The position numbers were made by a program, and so were the translations under genes. Of a DNA stretch of 63,946 nucleotides, positions 42,747 to 51,512 are shown in pieces. The notes under the pieces were generated by a model, which saw nothing but the letters and a program-made list of their open reading frames with translations, did no database searches and was not told the DNA's origin. Origin of the DNA: an uncultured Candidatus Saccharibacteria bacterium (GTDB lineage Bacteria > Patescibacteriota > WWE3 > UBA101185 > UBA10185); NCBI GenBank assembly GCA_964510435.1, contig CAZEBU010000003.1:1-63946 (forward strand), written 5' to 3'. The number at the start of each line of letters is the position of its first letter. Position 1 is the stretch's first letter.

Positions 42747-43328
42747 TTAAACTTGTTTGTTAATAAATTCCAATAATTTGTTTTGTGTTTCATCAGGTGA
42801 TAGCTTTCCATTGTCGAGGACAAGACCAAAGCACTTTGTGTCAGAAATATCAATATTATATAGTTTCTTAAATCTTTCGATGTCCTTTTTATCCTTCTCG
42901 TTGATGCTCACTATCAAGTCTTCTACAGAATACTCTTTGATGTCCTTTGAGTCATAAGCTATTTTAGCTCTGTCTTTTAGTGAAGGGTTTAAATATATTT
43001 TTATTAAATTATGGTTTTTGCTTCTCCAAGGAAGTGTTCTTGATTCGAAAAATATATTGTTCGAGGAGTTGCAAAGTTCTAATAAATAGTCATCAACCTG
43101 TTCATCTAAGTTATTAGTATTTCTCAAATTTTCAATTTGCTTTTTATTTTCCTTTCTAATCCAAAAATGTCTTTGATCATCCTCGTTGATGTTTTGTTTA
43201 CTTCGCAAATTTTTAAGTAGCACGTCTGAGGCGGAGATATGATCAAAACCCAGGATTTTAGCTAGTCTGCTAGACTGGTACGATTTTCCACATGCTGTAA
43301 GACCTGTGATGATAATATTCATGCTCAT
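42747..43328 (-). CDS. P-loop nucleotide/nucleoside kinase-like protein (cytidylate kinase-like)
   Basis: IIITGLTACGKS Walker A. Confidence 0.5.
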   Translation of the reverse strand: MSMNIIITGLTACGKSYQSSRLAKILGFDHISASDVLLKNLRSKQNINEDDQRHFWIRKENKKQIENLRNTNNLDEQVDDYLLELCNSSNNIFFESRTLPWRSKNHNLIKIYLNPSLKDRAKIAYDSKDIKEYSVEDLIVSINEKDKKDIERFKKLYNIDISDTKCFGLVLDNGKLSPDETQNKLLEFINKQV

Positions 43329-43347
43329 TAATTATACTCACGTATGC

Positions 43348-43671
43348 TTAGTGGAGTATTTCGTATGCGTTCTCTACTACCAGATATAGAAATATTGTGC
43401 CTAGTAGTAGAAAATTAAACAAGATAATGTATAGATTAAATCGTCTTGATTTTCCTATTCTCAACATTATATATAAATTTAGAATAATGGAGACTATCAG
43501 TCCTCCGACAATTACTACGGGATTGAAAATAAATAGATTGGGGTTAAGTAAATTTGCAATCAGAGGCGAATGGAAAACACTGAACAATATACCCCCAGTA
43601 ACAAGTACTAATGCAGGGAGTATTAGCAAAACACTAACTATTCCAAGTATCCTATTGTAAGTTGTAAGCAT
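43348..43671 (-). CDS. small membrane protein (start uncertain; the ORF track extends to 43746)
   Basis: Three hydrophobic helices. The upstream 25 codons coincide with a repeated intergenic element. Confidence 0.45.
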   Translation of the reverse strand: MLTTYNRILGIVSVLLILPALVLVTGGILFSVFHSPLIANLLNPNLFIFNPVVIVGGLIVSIILNLYIMLRIGKSRRFNLYIILFNFLLLGTIFLYLVVENAYEILH

Positions 43672-43705
43672 TTTTCTCCAGCAATTAAAACAATCTATGG
43701 TTGGC

Positions 43706-43733
43706 CACTGTGAACGATGTTGCGAACTTTTTT
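43706..43733. repeat. 28-nt 3'-flank repeat, copy 1 (partner 45414-45441)
   Basis: cactgtgaacgatgttgcgaactttttt. 26 of 28 positions are identical to copy 2. Confidence 0.85.
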
Positions 43734-43746
43734 TCTTATCCAACAA

Positions 43747-44721
43747 TTAAGCTAAGTTATGAGGTAACATAGAGAATTCCATTACATCCCTATGTAAAGA
43801 TTTGTTCTTGTGGTATTCAGTTGAAGAATTACCAGAATAATCCTTATAACCCCCTATAATTCTTTGAGCCAACATGGATTTAAAGCTTTTTATAAGATAC
43901 TTTTTCTCCTTAGCATCCATAGATTCAAATAAATTTTCCAAATATATTTCTGCCAGTTTTGGACTTCCATCTCGTGTATAAGTTCTATGATATACATATG
44001 CAGGCTCATATCCCCAAAACCAAGCACCACCAGTTAGTTCCCAATCGTAAATTTGGTATTTATCCTTACCTAAATCAACTAAATGCCGCGCAACTAAATC
44101 TCCATGAACTGTAACTGGAGGTAGTTCATTAATTGGATATTCATTCATAATGTCTACTAAATCATCAATGTTGTCTGAAAATTCTTTGCTCCATTCCAAT
44201 GCTATGTCATCTAACTTTTTTAACAGTTTATACGCATCTCCATTTTCAATAGACTCAAGTCTTTTTTCATCTTTAAGGGGAACTTTTAATCCACTTCTTA
44301 TTACGGATACTGTAGCTTTGCTAAGTATATCAATATCTTTCTTAGAGTTTCCTTTGAGATAGTTCTCAGAAACCCTATCTGTAATGAACCAGAGAAATTT
44401 ATCATCTGTAAACCCAAAATCCAGTATCTTTGGTGTTCTAAATTCTTTATCTAACTTTCCATCAAGTTGAATCAATGTGTAAATTTCTGTAAGTGTTCGT
44501 GAGGCAAATGAAGGGTTCGAGACAGTTTTAAGAACCATCGGTTTGCCACTCTTAGTACCAAAAATAACACTATGATTACCATTTGGTCTCGCTTTTTCTT
44601 TTGGTTTATCAATTTGGACACGCTTTGAAAATTCTGCGATATATTTTTTGTCTATAATATCTTGTTCGGAAAAATTACGATTGTGTACTTTGGTAAGGAT
44701 TTTAGCAAATTTATCGAGCAT
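43747..44721 (-). CDS. aminoglycoside/choline-kinase-like phosphotransferase (APH family)
   Basis: VHGDLVARHLV (HxDxxxxN-like) and IYDWE. Confidence 0.55.
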   Translation of the reverse strand: MLDKFAKILTKVHNRNFSEQDIIDKKYIAEFSKRVQIDKPKEKARPNGNHSVIFGTKSGKPMVLKTVSNPSFASRTLTEIYTLIQLDGKLDKEFRTPKILDFGFTDDKFLWFITDRVSENYLKGNSKKDIDILSKATVSVIRSGLKVPLKDEKRLESIENGDAYKLLKKLDDIALEWSKEFSDNIDDLVDIMNEYPINELPPVTVHGDLVARHLVDLGKDKYQIYDWELTGGAWFWGYEPAYVYHRTYTRDGSPKLAEIYLENLFESMDAKEKKYLIKSFKSMLAQRIIGGYKDYSGNSSTEYHKNKSLHRDVMEFSMLPHNLA

Positions 44722-44766
44722 AATTCAATTATATCAGTTCGATTTTACCACCCACCATCCTAAAAT
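44719..44766 (-). promoter_or_regulatory. repeated leaderless-type promoter module, copy 1 (partner 46100-46147)
   Basis: Minus strand TGATATAAT (extended -10) 6 nt upstream of the ATG. 40 of 48 nt are identical to copy 2. Confidence 0.5.
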
Positions 44767-44793
44767 CGCTACTTATACTGATAGAATATAGTA

Positions 44794-45372
44794 GTGAAAA
44801 TAAGAAGCATAACCGTAGGTTCAATAAATACAAATTGTTATATAGTTACCGACGAAAAGGAAACACTTATTATAGATCCGGGCGGCGACAGCGACAGGAT
44901 CATTAAAGTAATTGAAGATAAATTGTTAAAACCAAAACTGTGTTTACTTACGCACGCGCACTTTGACCATGTTTTAGCAGTTAACGAAATCATTGAAAGA
45001 TATAAAATACCACTTTTACTGAGCCGAAAAGATTTGTTTCTACTAAAAGAGGTCACTGACTTTGAGAAAGTAGAAAAATCTCTAGAATTTATCGATGAGG
45101 AATCGTCAATCTCTTTGGGAAACACAACATTTCAAATTATTGAAACTCCGGGTCACACACCTGGGAGTGTGAGTTTATATTCTGAAGAGAAGAAAGTAGC
45201 TTTTGTTGGCGATTTGCTTTTTGTAGAGGGCTTTGTGGGTAGAACTGATTTTGAATATGGTAATGAGCGTACATTGCACAATTCTATAGAGAGGGTTCTT
45301 ATGCTACCTTCCTCCATTTGTATTTACCCCGGCCACGGCCCATCCTTTTTGATTAGTGAATGGGGAGTATAA
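44794..45372 (+). CDS. MBL-fold metallo-hydrolase
   Basis: LLTHAHFDHV and TPGHTPGS. GTG start. Confidence 0.8.
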   Translation: MKIRSITVGSINTNCYIVTDEKETLIIDPGGDSDRIIKVIEDKLLKPKLCLLTHAHFDHVLAVNEIIERYKIPLLLSRKDLFLLKEVTDFEKVEKSLEFIDEESSISLGNTTFQIIETPGHTPGSVSLYSEEKKVAFVGDLLFVEGFVGRTDFEYGNERTLHNSIERVLMLPSSICIYPGHGPSFLISEWGV

Positions 45373-45413
45373 GTTTTTATTGTGGCGACTCTTTGCTGTT
45401 CTACATGGTGAGC

Positions 45414-45441
45414 TACTATGAACGATGTTGCGAACTTTTTT
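45414..45441. repeat. 28-nt 3'-flank repeat, copy 2
   Basis: tactatgaacgatgttgcgaactttttt, immediately after the stop of 45440-46102. Confidence 0.85.
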
Positions 45442-46102
45442 ACATCTGAGTGGGGTCTGTTGTAGTATTCATAGAACCAGTTGCGCCACTAGCACTACTA
45501 CCTCTAGCGGTATGGGTTTCGGTGCCATCGTCAGGCGGTGCGCCTGCGCTTGGTGTTGCGTTTTCGTCATCATTAGGATGTAGTTCGAGGTTATCTATGT
45601 AGCTTTTATGTGTTTTCTTAAATTTTGCTATTTTTTCTAAAGTTTCTTGCATCCTTTTTTCATATTTCTCATCTTCGAGCTTTTCTTTGAATACATCTAG
45701 TGATGTAATGAAATCTATTACAAGGGTTTCTGCATCTAATACAATATCGAAAGTCTTACCTTTATTAATTGCAGGATGCCATCCATTTCTGCTGATAGCA
45801 CCACGAGGAAAATAGTCATGAGACAACCCATTTCTTATCAAGTCTTTGAGAATTATAGTTGGATACTCTCCTACATTAGGAAAACACTCAGAAGTGTAAG
45901 AATCAACGTTCCCAAAGAAACCGTCGTCTTTACCTAGCAGAAATCCTCCTAAGTATTCCATGTACGATAGTGTACATAGTGCAAGCGGAAAGTTTATATT
46001 TCCAACCTCAGTTTTATCGGGTCGGATATTAGTTATCATCCGTTCCAAATCACTTTTCATCCACCCAAATACCACAGTATTAAGAAAGTCAGTTTTTTTC
46101 AT
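45440..46102 (-). CDS. hypothetical protein (220 aa) with a GC-rich, low-complexity C-terminal tail
   Basis: ORF only. Confidence 0.5.
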   Translation of the reverse strand: MKKTDFLNTVVFGWMKSDLERMITNIRPDKTEVGNINFPLALCTLSYMEYLGGFLLGKDDGFFGNVDSYTSECFPNVGEYPTIILKDLIRNGLSHDYFPRGAISRNGWHPAINKGKTFDIVLDAETLVIDFITSLDVFKEKLEDEKYEKRMQETLEKIAKFKKTHKSYIDNLELHPNDDENATPSAGAPPDDGTETHTARGSSASGATGSMNTTTDPTQM

Positions 46103-46147
46103 AATTTGATTATATCAGTTCGACTGTACCGCCCACTATCCAAAATT
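46100..46147 (-). promoter_or_regulatory. repeated leaderless-type promoter module, copy 2
   Basis: The same TGATATAAT sits 6 nt from the ATG. Confidence 0.5.
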
Positions 46148-46185
46148 ATCACCAGTTTTTGGCTGTTGTTATAGGAAATAAGGTC

Positions 46186-46261
46186 TGGTGGGGAGGGTGG
46201 GAATCGAACCCACATCGCCGGTTTTTCAGACCGGTGCCGTGACCGCCTTGGCTACCGCCCC
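46186..46261 (-). tRNA. tRNA-Phe (anticodon GAA), atypical D-arm
   Basis: Anticodon stem CCGGT/ACCGG with loop CTGAAAA, T-arm GTGGG-TTCGATT-CCCAC, A73 and CCA. One C5:U68 mismatch. Confidence 0.75.
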
Positions 46262-46300
46262 AAATTACCTTCACATTTTACCAAGAATCAGGTGCACTTT

Positions 46301-47476
46301 CTAACCTTTTAGAGTAATAATCGGTTTTAGTTTATATAAAACTTCTATTAGATCTTTTTGGTTATCCACTACCTTATTGATATCTTTATAGGCCTCAGGC
46401 GCTTCGTCAACGAACTTCATGCTAACGTCGGTGTAAGTCTCTTTCATGGTCTTCTGCAGTTTTTCTTTGGAAATGGTCTTTTTAGCTTGTTTACGGCTCA
46501 TCACCCTTCCGGCACCATGAGAACAGGATTCGTAGCTGTCTGGATTTCCTTTTCCGTTAACAATATAGCTGGCGGTTCCCATTGATCCCGGAATAATACC
46601 TATCTGATTATATTGTGCCTGCGTGGCGCCCTTTCGATGAATAATAACGTTTTCTCCAAAGTGTTTTTCTAAGTTAGCAAAATTATGATGGATATTTATC
46701 CCTTCTTTTCGAACATCTTTTGTGGGCTCATTTAATTTTTCGAAAAAGGAATCGACGCTATGTTGCAGCATTCTCCATCTACTTTCCAACGCATAGTCAA
46801 TAGCCCAGCTCATGTCTGTATGGTAGTTTTGTCCGCTTTCGCTGTCCAATTTCAAAAACCATAAATTGCTTGGTGTCTCTTCTTTGTTTTTAATATTCTC
46901 ATCCTTTGCAACGTCGTTATAATACTTAGCAATTCTAAAGCCTATATGTCTCGACCCTGAATGGATCATAAACCAGACATGGCGATCTTTGTCTGTCTGT
47001 GCTTCGATAAAATGATTGCCTCCTCCTAGTGTGCCTAATTGTTTACCGGCTCCATCAAGAAGCTTTAGTAATTCTACAGCTTTTAATTGTTTATCTAAGT
47101 GGCGCATGCTTTGTTTATCGCAGTAACTATCAAAGCCAAGAGGTATCTTTGCCTTAACATTGTAGTACCAATCTTGCCAAAATCCCCGATTATTAAGCTT
47201 TTCATCAAGAACTATTTCCGTTTGATAGGCACTTATGCCACAACCTATATCCACACCCACGATATTGGGAACAATAATATCTTTGGTGGCCACCACACTG
47301 CCTATTACAGCACCCTTTCCTAGATGAGCGTCGGGCATAATAGCGATGTGTTTAAACAAGTGAGGAAGTTCTAGCATTTTGTCTATTTGTTCGAGTGTTA
47401 TTTCTTCAATATCTGATTTTCTTTTTACCCATATCTTGGCCACTTTACCTGTATTTTTGTTTTCGTGAATGATCAT
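46301..47476 (-). CDS. rtcB: RNA-splicing ligase RtcB
   Basis: MPDAHLGKG, GVDIGCG, GGGNHFIE, HSGSRHIG, PGSMG and SCSHGAGR. Confidence 0.92.
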   Translation of the reverse strand: MIIHENKNTGKVAKIWVKRKSDIEEITLEQIDKMLELPHLFKHIAIMPDAHLGKGAVIGSVVATKDIIVPNIVGVDIGCGISAYQTEIVLDEKLNNRGFWQDWYYNVKAKIPLGFDSYCDKQSMRHLDKQLKAVELLKLLDGAGKQLGTLGGGNHFIEAQTDKDRHVWFMIHSGSRHIGFRIAKYYNDVAKDENIKNKEETPSNLWFLKLDSESGQNYHTDMSWAIDYALESRWRMLQHSVDSFFEKLNEPTKDVRKEGINIHHNFANLEKHFGENVIIHRKGATQAQYNQIGIIPGSMGTASYIVNGKGNPDSYESCSHGAGRVMSRKQAKKTISKEKLQKTMKETYTDVSMKFVDEAPEAYKDINKVVDNQKDLIEVLYKLKPIITLKG

Positions 47477-47482
47477 GGGCTA

Positions 47483-47557
47483 TGGAGCGAGAGACGGGAT
47501 TTGAACCCGCGACCTCTTCCTTGGCAAGGAAGCGTTCTACCACTGAACTACTCTCGC
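47483..47557 (-). tRNA. tRNA-Gly (anticodon GCC)
   Basis: GCGAGAGTAGTTCAGTGGTAGAAC..TTGCCAA loop..GGGTTCAAATCCC..TCCA. Confidence 0.9.
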
Positions 47558-47656
47558 AGATGTACTCATCAAGAGAGCAAGGTTCTTGCGAAGCAAGGTT
47601 CTTCCTCTCGTGTAAATCGTTCTTTATTATAAGACAAATAAGCTCCTGAGCAAAGG

Positions 47657-49384
47657 CTACCAGCTTCCGCCGCCACCACCGCCTCCGCCACCACCGGAAA
47701 ATCCTCCCCCACCTGAAAAACCACTGGAAAAGCCGCTGGAACTGGTAGAACTTGAATAATAACTCATGGATGATTGCACTGAGCTGCCGATATCATGGGA
47801 AATGGCGGAAAATGCCGCTACATTAGCTAAATTGCCTTGGTACCAGTCAGTTTCAGTTATAAGCTGTAGATCAGCAAATCTTTTCACCCAAACATCTTCT
47901 ACACCAAATGCGGTGGCATAAGGCAGTAATTTTTCGAAGAACATCATATTTTGAGCTTGAAAATCCAGTTGCTCATCCTGTGAGATCAAAAAGTTATATA
48001 AAGAAGACGTTTCAGAATATTTTTGTATGCCTTTTTTGGTAAATTTTATGTAGTGATTTCTCAGTAAAATAGAAACAATGAGAAGCGGCAAGTTAATGGT
48101 CATAAAAGCAAACATGTCCAAAGCAATTTTTTTATTTTTCTCTTTTGATAAATCCTTCTCAAATAATCCTCTTTTTTCCAGCTCGTCTGTAACTTCGGTC
48201 ATGAAATTGGTGATTTTCTTGGCAAATTCAGTGGATGTTCTAAGATCTTTGGTGCTGATAATATCCTTTTTTGAAAATAACCCATCTAATAGTAGTGTTT
48301 CGTATTTAAAAAGGTTTTTGTCGTTTTTGTGGTCTTTCAACTGCATAAAGGTATAGTTTGGTAATTTTTTAAACAAGCCGGATTCCTCACCTGGCACTAT
48401 TTTAAGATATCCTCTCTGAGCTAAGTGTATTAAGGTAGCTGTTACCTCTTTGTAATCAGGTTTTTTATCAATAAGGACACCAGTTTCCGCCGGTGTATAT
48501 GGATTTTTCTCATCGTCTTTTGGAGGATCGAACCAAGCAGCCACGATCTTTTGGTTATTGCGATAAAATTTTCTAATGTCTAATCTTTTCTTTAATACTT
48601 TAAGGGGAACAACTATGTACCAGTAAATTAATCCCAATAGGATCCCTAAGCCAACAAGCTTTCCTATTAAGCCGGACCGATCTGGCGCAGGTTTTAAAAC
48701 TTCTACAAATCCCTTAGGAAAACCAATAACACCACTTATCCCCCAACTAGGTTTTAGTACCTGGTTTGAGGAAATCACTACACCTTTTTCACTCAAGACA
48801 ATTTTGCAATTACTAGCGCTCGAACCAAAAGGACCGGTGTAACAAGCTGAATTTGTTTCTTTTAAAGAAATGTCATTGGGCAGGATAACCAAATTCTGAG
48901 ATCTTAAAATAGGCACCCTCCAATCATTACCGGTAAAATTCCAAAATAACTCATCGTGGTCTTCAAAGTAGGTCACAGCACCTGAAACGGTATAGCTGAT
49001 TTCGTAAAGCACTTCCCCGGAAACATACTTATCAGCATCCCCTATTTTTAGGGTAATTTCTCCGGCTGATTTTTTATCAGATTTGGTAAAGTTATGAAGA
49101 TTACCTTTTCCGTCCTTGATACTAAAGTCCCCTAATTTCATCAAAAATTCTTTTTTATCCTGGTTAGTCTTTTTATAGGGAATTGTTCGAAAAATACCAT
49201 GCCTTGAATCAGATCCGAAATCGTACAAAATATCCTCTTTTACGTAGAGCATGCCGTTTGGAATTATTCTCACGGTAGTATTGAACTCTTTTATCTGCTC
49301 TTGGGCAAAGGTATTTTGTTGTAAGGATAAGAAAAATAAAGAGAAAATGATTATTTTTAATATTTTAGACAGTCTATAGCTCAT
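47657..49384 (-). CDS. DUF2207-family membrane protein with C-terminal Gly/Ser-rich tail
   Basis: Signal peptide, an extracellular domain, TM helices and a tail SSGFSGGGGFSGGGGGGGGGGSW typical of DUF2207. Confidence 0.7.
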   Translation of the reverse strand: MSYRLSKILKIIIFSLFFLSLQQNTFAQEQIKEFNTTVRIIPNGMLYVKEDILYDFGSDSRHGIFRTIPYKKTNQDKKEFLMKLGDFSIKDGKGNLHNFTKSDKKSAGEITLKIGDADKYVSGEVLYEISYTVSGAVTYFEDHDELFWNFTGNDWRVPILRSQNLVILPNDISLKETNSACYTGPFGSSASNCKIVLSEKGVVISSNQVLKPSWGISGVIGFPKGFVEVLKPAPDRSGLIGKLVGLGILLGLIYWYIVVPLKVLKKRLDIRKFYRNNQKIVAAWFDPPKDDEKNPYTPAETGVLIDKKPDYKEVTATLIHLAQRGYLKIVPGEESGLFKKLPNYTFMQLKDHKNDKNLFKYETLLLDGLFSKKDIISTKDLRTSTEFAKKITNFMTEVTDELEKRGLFEKDLSKEKNKKIALDMFAFMTINLPLLIVSILLRNHYIKFTKKGIQKYSETSSLYNFLISQDEQLDFQAQNMMFFEKLLPYATAFGVEDVWVKRFADLQLITETDWYQGNLANVAAFSAISHDIGSSVQSSMSYYSSSTSSSGFSSGFSGGGGFSGGGGGGGGGGSW

Positions 49385-49391
49385 TTATTAG

Positions 49392-49478
49392 TGGTGGGCG
49401 AGACAGGACTTGAACCTGCACGGGTTTTATCCCACAACGTCCTCAACGTTGCGCGTCTACCAATTCCGCCACCCGCCC
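49392..49478 (-). tRNA. tRNA-Leu (anticodon GAG), type II
   Basis: GGGCGGGTGGCGGAATTGGTAGACGC..TTGAGGA loop..long variable arm..ACCA. Confidence 0.9.
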
Positions 49479-49534
49479 TTAAAATCAATGAAAAACTCCC
49501 TGTGCTTGGCCTAATACTTCGTATTATAGCAGTT

Positions 49535-49622
49535 TGGTGCCAGAGGTGGGATTTGAACCCACACCCCATTATCTGAGACACGGCTCTGAACCGTGCGCGT
49601 CTACCAATTCCGCCACTCTGGC
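49535..49622 (-). tRNA. tRNA-Leu (anticodon CAG), type II
   Basis: GCCAGAGTGGCGGAATTGGTAGACGC..TTCAGAG loop..long variable arm..ACCA. Confidence 0.9.
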
Positions 49623-49643
49623 AAGGTTGGCCAGCTAGATTAT

Positions 49644-49745
49644 AACTCACTTCGTTCGTTGCGTCCTTTCGGGACTAAACTCACTTCGTTCGTTGCGTCC
49701 TTTCGGGACTAAACTCACTTCGTTCGTTGCGTCCTTTCGGGACTA
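49644..49745. repeat. perfect 34-bp tandem repeat x3 (AACTCACTTCGTTCGTTGCGTCCTTTCGGGACTA)
   Basis: Three identical units were read directly. It lies immediately 5' of the minus-strand tRNA-Leu(CAG) gene and overlaps its putative -35 region. Confidence 0.95.
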
Positions 49746-49746
49746 A

Positions 49747-50364
49747 TTATATTAGCTTTAAAATATCTTCGGGGGTTTCAAATAGATAATCGGGGTTTTG
49801 ATTTTTAAGTATTTCTTTCCCATTTAATCCCCAAGTGACGGCACCGGACATTATTTTAGCTTTTTTTGCGGCTTCAATGTCTCTGACTTCATCGCCAATG
49901 TATATTGTTTCTTTGCGGCCAAGTCTGTGTTTTCTCAAAGCCTTTTTGATCATACGATCCTTTTTAAAGATACCGGGATTACTTTCGATGAAGTCAAAAT
50001 ATTGTAAATTGTTTATAGAAAGATATTTTTCTACTATCTCCTGCGAATTAGAGGTAATAATGCCAAGTATCTTGCTACTTTCTATTAGCTTTTTAAGCAC
50101 CATATCAATGTTTTTAAAGGGTTTTATGGAATCTATTGCTTTGTGATAATCCTTTCGAAACTTCATTATGTGTTTGGGAACATGCTTTAACGGTATATTA
50201 AATTTCTTCATGAGTTTTTTAGGTGGCATGTTTTTATATTCATCGATCTTTTTTGTATCCACGTCTTTTATACCGTGCTCATTAACAAATTCCAACATTT
50301 TTTCTATTATGAAATCATTCGAATTAGCTATTGTGCCGTCAAAATCGAAAATTATAAAGTGCAT
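49747..50364 (-). CDS. HAD-superfamily hydrolase (phosphoglycolate phosphatase-like)
   Basis: FIIFDFDGTIANS, ITSNS and GDEVRDIEAAKKA. Confidence 0.8.
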   Translation of the reverse strand: MHFIIFDFDGTIANSNDFIIEKMLEFVNEHGIKDVDTKKIDEYKNMPPKKLMKKFNIPLKHVPKHIMKFRKDYHKAIDSIKPFKNIDMVLKKLIESSKILGIITSNSQEIVEKYLSINNLQYFDFIESNPGIFKKDRMIKKALRKHRLGRKETIYIGDEVRDIEAAKKAKIMSGAVTWGLNGKEILKNQNPDYLFETPEDILKLI

Positions 50365-50385
50365 TTATTAGATTTTAGCAGTAAT

Positions 50386-50460
50386 TGGTGAGGGCGGTGG
50401 GAATCGAACCCACGACCGACTGGTTAAGAGCCAGTTGCTCTACCTCTGAGCTACGCCCCC
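50386..50460 (-). tRNA. tRNA-Lys (anticodon CUU)
   Basis: GGGGGCGTAGCTCAGAGGTAGAGC..CTCTTAA loop..GGGTTCGATTCCC..ACCA. Confidence 0.9.
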
Positions 50461-50918
50461 AAATTTTTTTTCTTTAGCTTATCAACCTCTTTTTCCAGAT
50501 GGTTGATCTGTTCAGCTCTTTTTAAGCTAAACATAATAAAGAAGAAAATAACTACCACAATAACCATTACCAGTATAACTGCGCTGGAGTTAAATGCTTC
50601 TTCAACACCAAAATCTTCACCAAATATTTTCTCTAAATACTTTGATTCTGTGCCTAGTTTTTCTGAAGAGGTGTCAATTTTAGATTTTTCACCTCCTAGA
50701 TCCAAAACCACATCCGTATCCGGCGTTATCCTACCCGGCTTATTAAATTCTATAAAAGTATCCGGGTCTACATCAGGTAACAAATCCCTAATGTTTTTAG
50801 GCTCTTCTGCCGGTGTATTTAGTATGGCAGGATTTATACTATCCATATTTTCCTGAAGGGCTTCGTAGTCCCCTTCATTTTGATTTTGATTAGTATCCAT
50901 TTTGTGCCTATTATACAA
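50451..50918 (-). CDS. hypothetical acidic protein with C-terminal TM helix; its last 10 nt overlap the tRNA-Lys 5' end
   Basis: ORF only. Hydrophobic segment AVILVMVIVVVIFFFIMF. Confidence 0.4.
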   Translation of the reverse strand: MYNRHKMDTNQNQNEGDYEALQENMDSINPAILNTPAEEPKNIRDLLPDVDPDTFIEFNKPGRITPDTDVVLDLGGEKSKIDTSSEKLGTESKYLEKIFGEDFGVEEAFNSSAVILVMVIVVVIFFFIMFSLKRAEQINHLEKEVDKLKKKNLGA

Positions 50919-50939
50919 ATAAAAATAAATGGCGCCCCC

Positions 50940-51016
50940 AGAGAGATTCGAACTCCCAACCCCTCGGTTCGAAGCCGAGTGCTCTAGTCCATTGAGCTAT
51001 GGGGGCAAGCCCTCAA
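50940..51016 (-). tRNA. tRNA-Arg (anticodon UCG)
   Basis: GCCCCCATAGCTCAATGGA..CTTCGAA loop..GAGTTCGAATCTC..GCCA. Confidence 0.9.
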
Positions 51017-51065
51017 ATTATATCTCGTTTTACTCGATATATCACTTCGTGATTTAACTCACTCC

Positions 51066-51100
51066 GTTCGTTGCGTCACTTTGTGGCTAATCTATAAACG
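51066..51100. repeat. single diverged copy of the 34-bp tRNA-upstream motif
   Basis: aactcactccgttcgttgcgtcactttgtggctaa. The first 22 nt match the tandem unit at 21 of 22 positions. It lies about 50 nt 5' of tRNA-Arg. Confidence 0.75.
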
Positions 51101-51127
51101 CTATAATAAATTTGTTATCATTTATCT

Positions 51128-51496
51128 ATGGAGAAATACAAGCCCCTATTTCTTGCGCTGGCTGTTGCTATACTTTTTATACCTTTATCAATTCATATCC
51201 GAAAATTTGCCAATATAGATAGACCCTTAAAATACGCCGTAAATTTTAATCCTATGGAATGCTACGCTTGCCGAGGATGCCCTTGTGAATTTACTTTGGA
51301 CGACGATAGTTCTTATTTACTAAATAGATACGACAAATCGGTTTGCAAGGTGGATTACAATGAGATAAATAGAGGAATGAGGGAAGGTTTAACAAATATG
51401 TCCGTTGAAATGAGTATACGTGATTATAGAGAGTTTTCCGACTGTCTTAAGTGGTATTCCGAACACCCATCAACCTATGGGGTTAAATTTGAATAG
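51128..51496 (+). CDS. hypothetical membrane-anchored Cys-rich protein
   Basis: ORF with an N-terminal TM helix. Confidence 0.4.
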   Translation: MEKYKPLFLALAVAILFIPLSIHIRKFANIDRPLKYAVNFNPMECYACRGCPCEFTLDDDSSYLLNRYDKSVCKVDYNEINRGMREGLTNMSVEMSIRDYREFSDCLKWYSEHPSTYGVKFE

Positions 51497-51512
51497 CTGA
51501 TATAATCAAATC

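Noticed and set aside
47660-47720. GC-rich simple repeat (GGN/CCN) at the end of 47657-49384.
   Set aside because: It encodes the Gly/Ser-rich C-terminal tail typical of DUF2207 proteins. It is not a separate repeat element.
49644-49745. Possible CRISPR array (34-bp repeat x3).
   Set aside because: The units are directly tandem with no spacers, and no cas genes are nearby. It is a plain tandem repeat.
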